Source: TPA_inf: Saccharomyces (lineage: Eukaryota). Taken from it: a stretch of DNA of 64,000 nucleotides. The notes below the pieces were generated by a model that was given only the letters and a program-made list of their open reading frames with translations, made no database searches and was not told the DNA's origin. Below, piece after piece: positions 10,696 through 22,016 of the stretch (the stretch's first letter is position 1; every line of letters starts with the position of its first letter). A program made the translations under genes and the position numbers. The stretch covers positions 192,001 through 256,000 of the forward strand of contig BK006948.2 in the NCBI GenBank assembly GCA_000146045.2. The letters run 5' to 3'.

Positions 10696-12471
10696 CTAAG
10701 CTTTGTCGTCACTATTATCGTGGCCTTTGAAGGCAATGATGGTGCACTCCTCCTCGTAGCCTGGTATTTGTATGTAGTTCACACCGTGCGATTCCAGCTT
10801 GTTCAAACTTGTATTGTTTTTAACAAATGTATCGGGCTCCATAACCCCCACGAAGACAGTACCAATGGCACCTTGGGTGGCCAGGATTCTATCGCAGCAA
10901 GGCTCATTGCCACTTAGCCTGAAGGAACAGGGTTCCATGGTTGTATAGAGCACTGTTCCCATAGGGACTATAGTGGGACAGTTCGGGTGTAACTGCGAGT
11001 ACTTTATCAAAGCACACTGTTCTGCATGAGTGTTTCCTGGTAGCTCTCTTGAATATCCTGTGGCAAGTACTTGAGTTCCATGAACAAGAACGGCACCAAC
11101 ACTAAAAGCAGTCTTTGTCGGGCCACACTTACCAGCTTCCTTAACGGCCATTTCCATATATCGGCGATGTGGCTCTAAGGCCCATTCAGGGTATTTTGTT
11201 CTATAACTCCAGAGAGGTTTTTGCGTATCCGAATTTCTTTCCAATGACTCGTACCGGAAGGCATGCAGCCAGAGGTCGAGATCATTAGTACCGGGATCTG
11301 TGTACATTTCAGCCTCGCATTCTTCGCACTGACGGCCAAGCAAGTATTCACCCTCGCTATGAGGATGAATCCAGCTCTCTGCAGGATTAGTCTTGCCAAT
11401 AGCGTCTAGTTTCAGAACGATGTCATCATAGTTTTGAAGTCCACCGCGGCCCAAATCTGGACCCCAGATATCTGGGTTCGAGTATATAGGGTCATTTGCT
11501 ATGGGAAATCCCAAGTACTGCAAATGGACTCTTATTTGGTGAGTTCTACCTGTCAATGGTTTACACTTTACAATACTCGTCTGTCCATCATAGCTAACCC
11601 TTTGGAAAACGGTCTTGGCATGTTTAGCGTTTTCATCGCTCATCTCGCAAACAGCGTTTAGTGCAACTTTAGGGTTAACAGATCTGACAGGCTTATCTAC
11701 CTCTACTATACCTATAGGGAACTCGCCCTTCACGCGGGCTACGTATTCTTTGGTGACTTCCCTCGCTTTCATTTGGTCTCCCATTCTATCTGCACCTAAT
11801 GGAGTCTTGGCTAAAAACATTAGTCCACTAGTTGGCTTGTCTAGTCTATTACATGGATGTACTGAATAACCTAGCTGTCTTTCTAGCATTTTTGTAATGG
11901 TATTGAATCTGTATCTGCCCGTTGGGTGCACTGGAATACTGCTGGGTTTATCAATGACAAGGATATCTTCGTCTTCAAACACAATATCTATTGGTTTAGA
12001 TGTGACTGGCGGTTCATGTCGATGTACTTTATGTGTGATCAGATCACCGTCACGAATGATGGTATCAAGGTTTGCAGGTTCATCGTTTAAGTATACTTTT
12101 CCCTCTGCAATGGTTTTGGAATAATAGCTGGGCTCTCGATCCCTGAATTCGCTCACGAATACATCCACCAACTTACGATCTCTCCACCTCTCCTTACAGA
12201 AAGTTTTATAAGTGAAAAAATAAGGCTCAATCTTCCTTAAGGGTCCATCAATTGTCACTTCATAATCAGGGTCTGTCTTTTTAGTTTTGTGCCCATCGGT
12301 TTGAATAACTCTCAGTCTGAATCCACTCGCATCTTTGACTTTGGAACTGTTTTCGTTCCTATTATTATTCCTGTTCGCGAATTTTCTTAACTTCACTTCC
12401 TTTGCAGACTCAATTTCTTTGTTTAATAAGTTGTTGAAGTCATCGCTGGCTTCATTATTAGAGTCCTCCAT
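10696..12471 (-). CDS. RIB2: Bifunctional DRAP deaminase / pseudouridine synthase, 591 aa.
   Basis: RluA-type pseudouridine synthase region followed by a C-terminal CMP/dCMP-type deaminase motif (HAE...PCxxC); ATG at 12469-12471. Confidence 0.85.
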
Positions 12472-12730
12472 TTTGATTGGTTTGTTAATCTAATATTGAT
12501 AGTTTTTTTTTTAATGTTCTTCTCTCTCTTCTTCCTGTTTTTTCATGGCAATAATTTTGACTAGTTTTTCTTTTTTTTTTTTTTTTTTCATTCTTTTTCA
12601 TTATTACTTAAGTTCTGTAAAGATATATGGAAGAGAAAATAAAAAGAATAAAACCAAAGATAGTGGTACAACTGACGTTATCTGTTTCAGACATAAATGA
12701 AAAACTTCTAGCCTGACAGCCCAGATCACT

Positions 12731-13885
12731 TTACAGGATTTTTAATAGTAAATATAATAGTAAAGAACCTAATATCCAATAATGTACATTCTTAGTAACT
12801 AGCCAACCGCAGTACCCGATGACTGCGTCACCAATTTGTCCAATCAGGCCAGAGCTCCATGATAAAGGATACTTTTCGATATGTAAGGATAACGGCACTG
12901 GCGTCCCTGTAGACCTTGGTAATCTTACGGTAAGATTAACGGGTTGATGATCGCTAAATAATAGAGCATTGGACCTAGGGACGGAATGGTAAGTACCTTC
13001 TTGTGCGAAAGTTGGCACTGCATAGCTTTTGTAGAGAATCCTATCGCACCACGACGGGATTCTTTTTGTATTATATGTTTCCTTTTCAAACAACTTGAAT
13101 TTGTATGTCGGTGGAAATGTTATCTTCAGCTCCTGAAAACCTTTGCATAACGGTTCATCCTCTCCTTTACGTAGCAGATTTAGTTCTTCATGATTTTCTA
13201 ATAGACGCCTTAACGTTGTGGTGGACGAATAATTGGTAGTTGGATCATAAGTACTAGTAACCCTAAAATTCAAATCGCCTAGAAAGAAAAAGTGGTCGCT
13301 TTTTGCAACCTCAGAATCACACACTTCACTCATTATTCGTTTGTAATCATCTATTCTTTGATTTCTATTGTTGACACCTTCATTTGCATTTAAATGAGCA
13401 CAAATATAGCTAAATCTTTCCCAGTTCTCCTCGCCATTGCGTGTCATCTGAAAACTTATCAAAGTTCCACCTTTCAAGTGTGTACCAAACCAACCGCATT
13501 TCCCATTCCGTTTCAAAATATCATCTTTTACCTTTAGCGCATTATTATTGTATAATACTATTATGGTAATCGCCCCAAGACTATTCACCCCTAAACATGA
13601 ATACTGCTCATCCCCTTGTGTAGCTGACACTTTTTCATTCAGACAATTAACCGCAGTAGTTGTAATTCTATCGATTAAATCACGATTAACAGCAGGGAAG
13701 GAGCCTTGCCATATGGGGACTACTTCTTGGAACCCCAACACATATAGATCTTGCAATTCCAATTGGGAGATGCCGTCATCGTAGGGGAAAAGCAATTGCT
13801 TAACGATTGCTTTCGAATTTTCAACGGGAAATTCCTTACCACAATTGAATGTAGTTACAGATACCTTCCAATTCGTTTTGTTCAT
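12731..13885 (-). CDS. INP54: Inositol polyphosphate 5-phosphatase (endo/exonuclease/phosphatase fold) with a C-terminal membrane anchor, 384 aa.
   Basis: ORF track; 5-phosphatase motifs ([19 protein letters not shown]); ATG at 13883-13885. Confidence 0.8.
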
Positions 13886-14102
13886 TCGGTCAGAATCCTG
13901 CTGTATTTTCTTGTCTCACTTTTCTTCTTTGTTAGCCTACTCTTACCTCTTCAGTTTTGTTCTTTTCACTGTATTTTCCTTTTTTCACGCTATAACAACA
14001 ATAAAAAAAGGTTATCATTTAACTGGTATGTACATACACATACACACATATATATATGTACTCATATATTTATGTCTATCAATAAAGTAAAATATATGTT
14101 AT

Positions 14103-15176
14103 TTAGGCGTTTCTTGACTGAATGACATCGCATGATGTAGACACCACCAAGTCATGTAACTCGCGTGGGCCACTTGACGCTATAACTCCCTTCGTAGCTA
14201 GCGTTCTACCGTTACCGAAGTCTAGAGGAACATCTTCCATGGCATCTGTATGGATACCTCCAGCTTCATGGACAATAACGTTGCCTGCAGCATGGTCCCA
14301 GATCTTTTCTTGGTAAGAAAGTTTGATAGGCAGACGTAAATATACGTCTGCTAAGCCCAATGCTAACAAACAGTACTTGGCTTGAGAATCCAAGTGCAAA
14401 GATTTGGATATATTTAGTTTGTTTTTGATAGCAGTTTGTTCATCATGAGAGGAGTGTCCCTTTTCAACTCCCTCTAAAGTAATCATGTCTTTAGTGTCTT
14501 TTAAGTGTCTAACGTGGATTTTGGTCCATGACTCTGCATCTGAAGATGGAGAATAGAAGGCACCTAAACCTCTAACAGCACGAAAGATATAACCAAATGA
14601 CTCATGGCCTTTCAAATCTTGGGCCCCATAAGAACTTAAAACTAAGTTGGGGCATCCAATACAACCAAGCTGAACAACACCGTCCACAATTAAGGCCAGA
14701 CATACTGCAAACTGTTCACCTCTTAAAAACCCCTTGGTTCCGTCAATAGGATCCAAACACCAAAATCTTCCTTTTCTACCACCTTCGTAATTGCCGAAAT
14801 CGATGATTTGCCTGACGTCCTCCAAAGATTTTAGCGGAAACTGATCGTTTGTAAACAGAAAATCATCCTTTTTATAATTCTTGTTATAAACTTCGTCATT
14901 GGCTTTTATTTCGTTTAAAATTCCTGAGACGAATGCGTCGCTCAATCCTGATGAGGATTCTTCACCAACTACCTTATCATCAGGAAAATTGCTCTTGATA
15001 GCATTTATGATGATCGTTTGTGCAGCATAATCACCTGTGGTTACTGGAGAATTATCATTCTTGGTAATAGTAGTGGAGTCCTTGTGAGAAATCACTTCAG
15101 ATTGAATTCTCTTAGTCAATAAAGACGCCTTTCGTACAGCTTGAGTTGCAACCAATAATTCTCTTTCCAATGCCAT
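14103..15176 (-). CDS. MET22: 3'(2'),5'-bisphosphate nucleotidase (inositol monophosphatase family), 357 aa.
   Basis: IMPase motifs (DPIDGT, WD..AG); recognised HAL2/MET22 N-terminus MALERELLVATQAVRKAS. Confidence 0.9.
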   Translation of the reverse strand: MALERELLVATQAVRKASLLTKRIQSEVISHKDSTTITKNDNSPVTTGDYAAQTIIINAIKSNFPDDKVVGEESSSGLSDAFVSGILNEIKANDEVYNKNYKKDDFLFTNDQFPLKSLEDVRQIIDFGNYEGGRKGRFWCLDPIDGTKGFLRGEQFAVCLALIVDGVVQLGCIGCPNLVLSSYGAQDLKGHESFGYIFRAVRGLGAFYSPSSDAESWTKIHVRHLKDTKDMITLEGVEKGHSSHDEQTAIKNKLNISKSLHLDSQAKYCLLALGLADVYLRLPIKLSYQEKIWDHAAGNVIVHEAGGIHTDAMEDVPLDFGNGRTLATKGVIASSGPRELHDLVVSTSCDVIQSRNA

Positions 15177-15391
15177 AGTAAAGTGCTGATGTCTTCTGAG
15201 TTGTCTTTAAACTTCTTACTTACTAACTAATAAATTAAAGAGAAGTGCAAACGTTCTTTATATGTGGCATGGTTTCTTCTTTGCAAACTGAAAGTAAAAT
15301 CGCAACACGTGATATTGCTCGTCTGAGTCATTCGCGCATTTCAATGAAGGAAGGATTATTATATAGATGGCTATGTAAATGTCAAAATATG

Positions 15392-18265
15392 CTATTGTTG
15401 AGTTGTTCCATGCTCAGTTGTGATCTTGAATGCCCTCAAGGAGCCTCTTGATGCTACGTATAAGGTAGCATATCCCTTACGTTTTAACTCTTCACTGTCA
15501 GATGCATAAGTGTAATCTAGTCCGCAAATATCACCCATGGGGAAATAGACGTCGCACACGCCGCAGTATGTGTCCGAGCTCTCTCCATCTGCACCATACA
15601 TTGGTGCGTCAAACAAGTTCCTGTTACATCTGCACTCTGGACTAGGGTTAACAGGGTCTTGGACTTCCCATCCAAGAATATACTCTTGTCTAAACGAATA
15701 GATGCCTCTGTACTCTGTTAGTCTTAGTAATGAAATGAGACCCAATTGTGAAGCCACGGCTATGCAATTTAGTTCTTTGATGTGACACACAAAATTTATT
15801 CTGTTTAGTGCTTGGAGCAGCGACTTGGAAGCACACGTCACAACACCATCTAAGGGAAAAATCTCATGATGAGTTGCTGATATAATTATGAGTGGATTTG
15901 CTTTCATCAACACCAGCCTATGGGCTGTGGTTAGGAAGAAGAACTCGTCGTGCATTTCGGATAGTTGATACCCAAGAGGCGAATCTTCTGAGCCCGGTAC
16001 TGCTGACTCTAATAACCGCTTGACGTTTCTTACATAGTTGTGGAACCCCCAAGATTTCTGCGATTCTGATTTCAAGTGAGCACGCTGTTCAGTATCCCTA
16101 TATCTTCGCTGGAAACTTGTTAAGCTGCTACCAGATTCTTCATTTTCAGGGTCGCTATTGACATCGTCCTCTTCTGTAGAGTTCAGTTGAAGGCTACAAA
16201 TTTCTGGGTCCTTCAAGACCGTGTTCAAATCCTTGCCAAAAAGTGTTCTCCAATCGGCAGCGGCATCGGTGTTGTACCATAAAAAGTTTCCCGATTCAAT
16301 ATTTGGTATATGATTTACTGAACTTAGCGATTTGAACTCTTTTGAAGTTCGTAGTTGTCTTTGTTTATCCATTTTCAAATTACGAATACTTCTATTAAAT
16401 TCGCGAGATATATCTTCAATATCATTTTCGAGATCAGTAAGTTTATAAGTAGACGGCTCACAGATCTTTCTCCCAGAAGTGTTTTGATATTGCGATGTTT
16501 TATTTCTTCCACTAGGAGTTATCAACTGTGGAAAAGTATTAATAATATCCTTGTATTTCGAAAATCCACGCTCAGTAGCACGATAATGTTTATAACCAGA
16601 ATCCTCCCAAAATGTCCATTGGTGTAAATGCTGTTCACATGAGGTGTTTTTTGTCACTGCATCATTCATATCGTCTAAGTCACCGGCATGTAAAATAAGT
16701 GCAAAATCCTCTCTGCTGTACTCGTATTTTATCGAGCCCGTTGTAGTGTAATTTCTATCAAATGAGGTAAATCTTAATGGTATAACTTCATCGGGGATCC
16801 CTGCTGAAGAAGTCAGTCGTAGGTCTGTGACAGGAACCTGAAATTGATTGAGTAATGTACCAATACCGAAATTCCCAGAGAGGTAGGCGTTATCACAGTA
16901 ATACCCAAGTAAAAAATCATCTCGGCAAATAGAATATAACATGCTTTCTTTGAAACCGTCTTGGTAGTTAAGATTCAACAATTCGAAATTGTCAACTTTC
17001 GCAAAATCCTTCTTAGTCAGTGGAGTTATTGTCCATAAGTCGTCGCCAAAAAATTGAGTATCAAGGAAACTCGTTAAAATGGTACAATCATGCTCCTTTA
17101 ATTTAACGGTAACAACATTCCCAAATATAGAACAATAACTTAATGTAATATATCCAACAGAATCTTTTGAATTAGGAACAAAGTTAACACAAGGAACATT
17201 GTGAGATGAGGGAAGATCTAGAGGCCGAATGTACCGTCTTTCCTTCTTTACATCTTTATCGAATGCAAAGACTGTAACTCCAGGCTTGTTATGGCCAACA
17301 GCGATATATATGATGCCATTTATATCTATTACATCAACACTCCAACAAGATTCCTCTACTCTTAACACCATATATGGATCAACATTTATGTATCTTTCCC
17401 GGCTGTTATCTTTGCCTCCCAAGATATCCGAAGTAAATTTATTAAATATCTTAATAACTTTGTTGATTTCCCAGATATAAACGATTCCGTTGTCACCGCA
17501 AGCTAGTAGAAAATCTTGATGCATGAAGTTACAAATCTTCATAAAGTTGATAGAACATAGTTCAGGTATGCTGTTGAACTGTGTATCCTTAAATTTCACA
17601 TATGATGAATTGCGGAAGTTTCTTACATCTCCGTCATCTGGTATTATCACGGGCAATAAGGCGTGACATATTTCTAATGACGAAACGTTCAATAGTATAT
17701 CGAAATTATGAACTTCGACGCATTGACCGGCAGCCAGGAAGGAATAACTCCCATAAGTGACGAACAAATTGTTCTTGAACTGCAAACCACCATAAGCAAA
17801 CCTATTTGTGTATTGAAAAGGTGCGAACTCTAGTGGTATCTCTTGAACAAGTAGTTTTTCGTCCTGTGGCAATAGTAATTCAGCTGGATTCAAAAGCCTT
17901 GATGGTCCCCAGACGGGTTCTAAGTTGGAAAATGCAGATTTAGTATCCTCCAAGAAGGCTTTCTTGAATGAGTAAGCAGGATTTGGGATTTTCCATGAAG
18001 AGTCATGTTCTTCTAGGTTGTGTAATCGTTCTTTAATAAACTCCACGGTTTTTGGATGAAACGAATTGCAACTGGAGTTTGGCCACTTGAGTTGATAATA
18101 TTTCTTTAACGTTATTATCTCATTCGTTATATTCCAGCCACCAGACGCCAGAAATACTTCTGAGTCAAAGCACTCTCTTGTCGATACTGCCCTTTGTATG
18201 ATGGCCCGAGACTTAAGCCACCTTGTAAAGAGATCATCATTTTCATTGGGAATCTGAGGGGGCAT
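15392..18265 (-). CDS. CRT10: Large WD40-like protein of about 957 aa.
   Basis: ORF track starts at a TTG at 18280; first ATG is at 18263-18265; size and neighbourhood match YOL063C. Confidence 0.65.
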   Translation of the reverse strand: MPPQIPNENDDLFTRWLKSRAIIQRAVSTRECFDSEVFLASGGWNITNEIITLKKYYQLKWPNSSCNSFHPKTVEFIKERLHNLEEHDSSWKIPNPAYSFKKAFLEDTKSAFSNLEPVWGPSRLLNPAELLLPQDEKLLVQEIPLEFAPFQYTNRFAYGGLQFKNNLFVTYGSYSFLAAGQCVEVHNFDILLNVSSLEICHALLPVIIPDDGDVRNFRNSSYVKFKDTQFNSIPELCSINFMKICNFMHQDFLLACGDNGIVYIWEINKVIKIFNKFTSDILGGKDNSRERYINVDPYMVLRVEESCWSVDVIDINGIIYIAVGHNKPGVTVFAFDKDVKKERRYIRPLDLPSSHNVPCVNFVPNSKDSVGYITLSYCSIFGNVVTVKLKEHDCTILTSFLDTQFFGDDLWTITPLTKKDFAKVDNFELLNLNYQDGFKESMLYSICRDDFLLGYYCDNAYLSGNFGIGTLLNQFQVPVTDLRLTSSAGIPDEVIPLRFTSFDRNYTTTGSIKYEYSREDFALILHAGDLDDMNDAVTKNTSCEQHLHQWTFWEDSGYKHYRATERGFSKYKDIINTFPQLITPSGRNKTSQYQNTSGRKICEPSTYKLTDLENDIEDISREFNRSIRNLKMDKQRQLRTSKEFKSLSSVNHIPNIESGNFLWYNTDAAADWRTLFGKDLNTVLKDPEICSLQLNSTEEDDVNSDPENEESGSSLTSFQRRYRDTEQRAHLKSESQKSWGFHNYVRNVKRLLESAVPGSEDSPLGYQLSEMHDEFFFLTTAHRLVLMKANPLIIISATHHEIFPLDGVVTCASKSLLQALNRINFVCHIKELNCIAVASQLGLISLLRLTEYRGIYSFRQEYILGWEVQDPVNPSPECRCNRNLFDAPMYGADGESSDTYCGVCDVYFPMGDICGLDYTYASDSEELKRKGYATLYVASRGSLRAFKITTEHGTTQQ

Positions 18266-18519
18266 TATATTCAAAACCAAATTTTCAAGCCTAGAAGTAC
18301 CAGTGCCTCTTGATTGCGCTGTTGATCTTCATTACTATGGTGTTTTTGGTGTCTTGTATGGTTTTTCCATGTTTTTTCCCTGTTTTCTTTTCAATGAAAA
18401 ACTAAATTGCATGTCTCTCATAATAGAAAATATTCAATATTAACAAAATGTGCATTCTAAAGGAAATTACTATAAAAAATACAGGCATGATAAAAATATA
18501 TGTACACAAAAATTACGGG

Positions 18520-19995
18520 CTAGTACCTCACCTCGTAAGAACCGGCTTTCGATATATATTTAATCCATTTTACAGCACGATGCTTACTGTCTTTTCCAGA
18601 AATGGTAAAGTATCGTACGACTAAGCCAGAATTACTGAACATCATGACCTCGAATTCCAGGGATATTGGAGGTCTTGTCCATTGTTGAAGATTCAATTGA
18701 GTAGTATCACTTGTGGACACAGTAACTGCACTTAAAGTGTTTTCCGTCAACCCATTGTACTTGTTGAACCTCCAAATCATTGCATTTTCTTCTGGCACAA
18801 ACTTACAGTGGCCATTAGAGACACTTATCTTACAATCCACAGTGCTTGGTGGAACGGGTATATGTAGTACCACATCTTTGGCGGAAAGTTTTCCAGGAAA
18901 TAAAGACTTCAATGTTATCCTGTAATCAATCTCGTTATCTCTTGTAGAATGTGTAACAATAGGTGTAACCTTGAACGGCAGGTTTATGTTATCTCGTACA
19001 TGATATTTCATCAACTCCATCGAACCGTCTGGTGGGACGAATTCAATGATATGATTTCTGTTAAATTTGTCAAGTGAGACACATTCGTGAAACTTGCAAT
19101 CTTCCAACAAAACACTACCGGCAGCAGCTTTGGGAATGAAGTTCTTGTTTCCAAAATCGCTGCCAGAGTGACGCTGCTGCTGTGCTAACCATTTCTTCTC
19201 GTCTTCGGACTGCATTCCCAAAGAATCATTCAATCCAAATCTACAAATAGGGGTCCCACTCAAGTGTGTGGTGATATCTATGGTGCCATCAACGTATGAT
19301 TTCAAGATAGAACCATCCCTAGATACCAGAATGTTTATCCTCTCATTGACATACAAGAAAACTTCATCCTTCTTGTGTATTATCCCCTTGGGCCTCCAAG
19401 TGATCTTATTGTTATCATAGAAATCAGAAGTGGAGTCTCCTTGACCCAGGAAACTACTGCTTCTTTTTGTCAAAAATTTGGGAAAATGTAGTTCTCCTGC
19501 TGAAGAAGTAGGAGATGAAGAGGAAGATAATACATCATTTCCATCGGGACTATCTAACAATCCGCCCATATTTCTAACGGGTTTCACAGACATCTGCGCT
19601 ATAACAGAGTTCAATTCAGTGTCAATTGGTATCCCATTTCCACCCAACATTATATCCAGCATCTCATGCACAATCATGAATTCCTCTTTCAAGGCCTCCT
19701 CTCTATCCAATCGATAAGCATTCATCACTGCATCAAGCTTATATAAGAACTCCCAGATCGCCGCACTATTAGCGTTGCTTCTCGTAATGGTTACCAACCA
19801 CAAATTGTCACCATGCCTCGACCTGATGTGATGGAAAGTAGTTGAGCCCAGTGTCAAAACAGGCGATCTAACATCTAGATTATTGATCACTTGTACTCGG
19901 AAGATATCGGATATGGACCGCTTCAACGAGTTCTTGAAGAACTTGTTCAAGACAAGTTCACCTCTCGATGAGTATACCAGCACACCACTAATCAT
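18520..19995 (-). CDS. APM4: AP-2 adaptor complex mu subunit homolog, 491 aa.
   Basis: Longin-like N-terminus and mu-homology domain; ATG at 19993-19995. Confidence 0.8.
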   Translation of the reverse strand: MISGVLVYSSRGELVLNKFFKNSLKRSISDIFRVQVINNLDVRSPVLTLGSTTFHHIRSRHGDNLWLVTITRSNANSAAIWEFLYKLDAVMNAYRLDREEALKEEFMIVHEMLDIMLGGNGIPIDTELNSVIAQMSVKPVRNMGGLLDSPDGNDVLSSSSSPTSSAGELHFPKFLTKRSSSFLGQGDSTSDFYDNNKITWRPKGIIHKKDEVFLYVNERINILVSRDGSILKSYVDGTIDITTHLSGTPICRFGLNDSLGMQSEDEKKWLAQQQRHSGSDFGNKNFIPKAAAGSVLLEDCKFHECVSLDKFNRNHIIEFVPPDGSMELMKYHVRDNINLPFKVTPIVTHSTRDNEIDYRITLKSLFPGKLSAKDVVLHIPVPPSTVDCKISVSNGHCKFVPEENAMIWRFNKYNGLTENTLSAVTVSTSDTTQLNLQQWTRPPISLEFEVMMFSNSGLVVRYFTISGKDSKHRAVKWIKYISKAGSYEVRY

Positions 19996-20243
19996 TGCTC
20001 ACCATAACTCTATGTGATTCTTTTCTCCAACCGTTTATGAAAGGTTTCCACACTTTATCATCAAGTTCTCCTATACTAATCAATTAAGGAAAATATGGCT
20101 GTTACCCTTCGACCGCAGTTGAAAAAAATTTTCTATCAAATAATAAATGGCTACGATTAGCGAGAAGGGCTGGATGAGATGAGAGTAAGTTGGTCGAAAG
20201 TGACTTTGTTGGAGGTTGCTACGAGGCTAGGAACGCAGTCTGG

Positions 20244-21734
20244 ATGTCAATGAGTAATATTGTTGTTTTTGGAGGGGACTCGCACCCCGAGTTAGTTACT
20301 AAGATCTGTGAAAATTTGGACATTCACCCATCGAAAGTAGAATTAGGGAAGTTTTCTAATGGGGAAACGAACATTGCTCTTCGCGAATCTGTTCGTGAAA
20401 AGGATGTATATATCATCCAGAGTGGTTGTGGCCAGGTGAACGACACGTTCATGCAGTTGCTGATTTTAATCAGTGCCTGCAAGTCCGCTTCTGCCTCGAG
20501 GGTTACAGCCGTAATGCCATATCTCTGCTACTCGAGACAGCCAGATATTCCATATACTGCCAAGGGTGCTCCCATAATTTCCAAGCCTAAAGAAAACTAT
20601 ACTTTTGAATCGCATCCAGGCACACCCGTGTCATCTTCTTTAATGACGCAAAGACCAGGTGCTGAGAGCTCGTTGAAGAGTTTGGATAGTGCAATACGAT
20701 CAACTATCAACTTAGAAAATCCTCAACCTATCAGAACACCAAACAGCAGTGCTACGGCGAATAACAATTTCGACATCAAGAAGACGCTTTCTTTTTCAAG
20801 AATTCCTATGATTCCCGGTGGTAAGTTACAAAATACAAGCAATAGCACGGACGCTGGTGAATTGTTCAACGCTCAAAATGCAGGCTATAAGCTATGGGTA
20901 GTACAAGCCGGTACTTTGATTGCTCATTTGTTGAGTGCTGCAGGTGCTGACCATGTGATCACAATGGATTTGCACGATCCACAGTTCCCTGGGTTTTTTG
21001 ACATTCCAGTGGATAATCTCTACTGTAAACCCATTGCACAAAACTACATCCAGCATCGCATTCCAGATTATCAGGATGCTGTGATCGTTTCTCCAGATGC
21101 TGGTGGTGCAAAGAGAGCTACGGCTATTGCAGACGCCTTGGAATTGTCCTTCGCCCTAATTCATAAAGAAAGAAGATCTCAGTTATTGAAGGGCCCTCCA
21201 GATGCGACGTTAACCTCTGGTGGTTCGTTACCAGTATCTCCAAGGCCATTAGTTACTACTTTGGTTTCCTCCCAAAATACTACTTCTTCAGGTGCCACTG
21301 GGGTTGCGGCCCTTGAAATGAAGAAAACAACTTCAACATCTTCCACCTCGTCGCAATCTTCTAATTCGTCCAAGTTCGTTCAAACTACCATGCTTGTTGG
21401 CGATGTTAGAAACAAGGTGTGTATTATAGTCGACGACTTGGTGGATACTTCATACACTATTACAAGAGCTGCGAAATTGTTGAAGGATCAAGGATCTACC
21501 AAAGTTTATGCCTTAATAACGCACGGTGTTTTTTCCGGTGATGCGCTAGAAAGAATCGGCCAAAGTAGTATAGATAAGTTGATCATTTCTAACACGGTTC
21601 CTCAAGATAGAACACTACAGTACCTAGGTAAGGACAGAGTGGATGTTATTGATGTCTCCTGCATAATCGGTGAAGCAATTAGAAGAATCCATAACGGTGA
21701 ATCCATTTCTATGTTGTTCGAGCATGGATGGTAG
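20244..21734 (+). CDS. PRS5: PRPP synthetase (ribose-phosphate pyrophosphokinase) paralog, 496 aa, with two S/T-rich insertions that interrupt the catalytic fold.
   Basis: ORF track start is an alternative codon; ATG at 20244 ([17 protein letters not shown]); Prs family motifs with low-complexity inserts. Confidence 0.85.
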
Positions 21735-22016
21735 TGGCATTGATGTGTTCATTTTTTTATTGATAAAAATAGGGGAAAGTGTCTATATATTTTGCGTATA
21801 AAATTCTCTACATTTTTTTTTCTTTGTTTAGTATGTGTATTGAAACATTTTATTTATAGGTTAGAGAAACAAAAAAAAAAAAACTGCAATTTCTTCTTGT
21901 ATGTCTGTAGAAAAAATTTTAAGCTGCTCTCCCCTGTGATTTCATGCGTCTGGGACTAATAAGAACGGTGATGATGGTTATTATGATGCATGGGCAATTC
22001 TTTTGGCATAATCTCT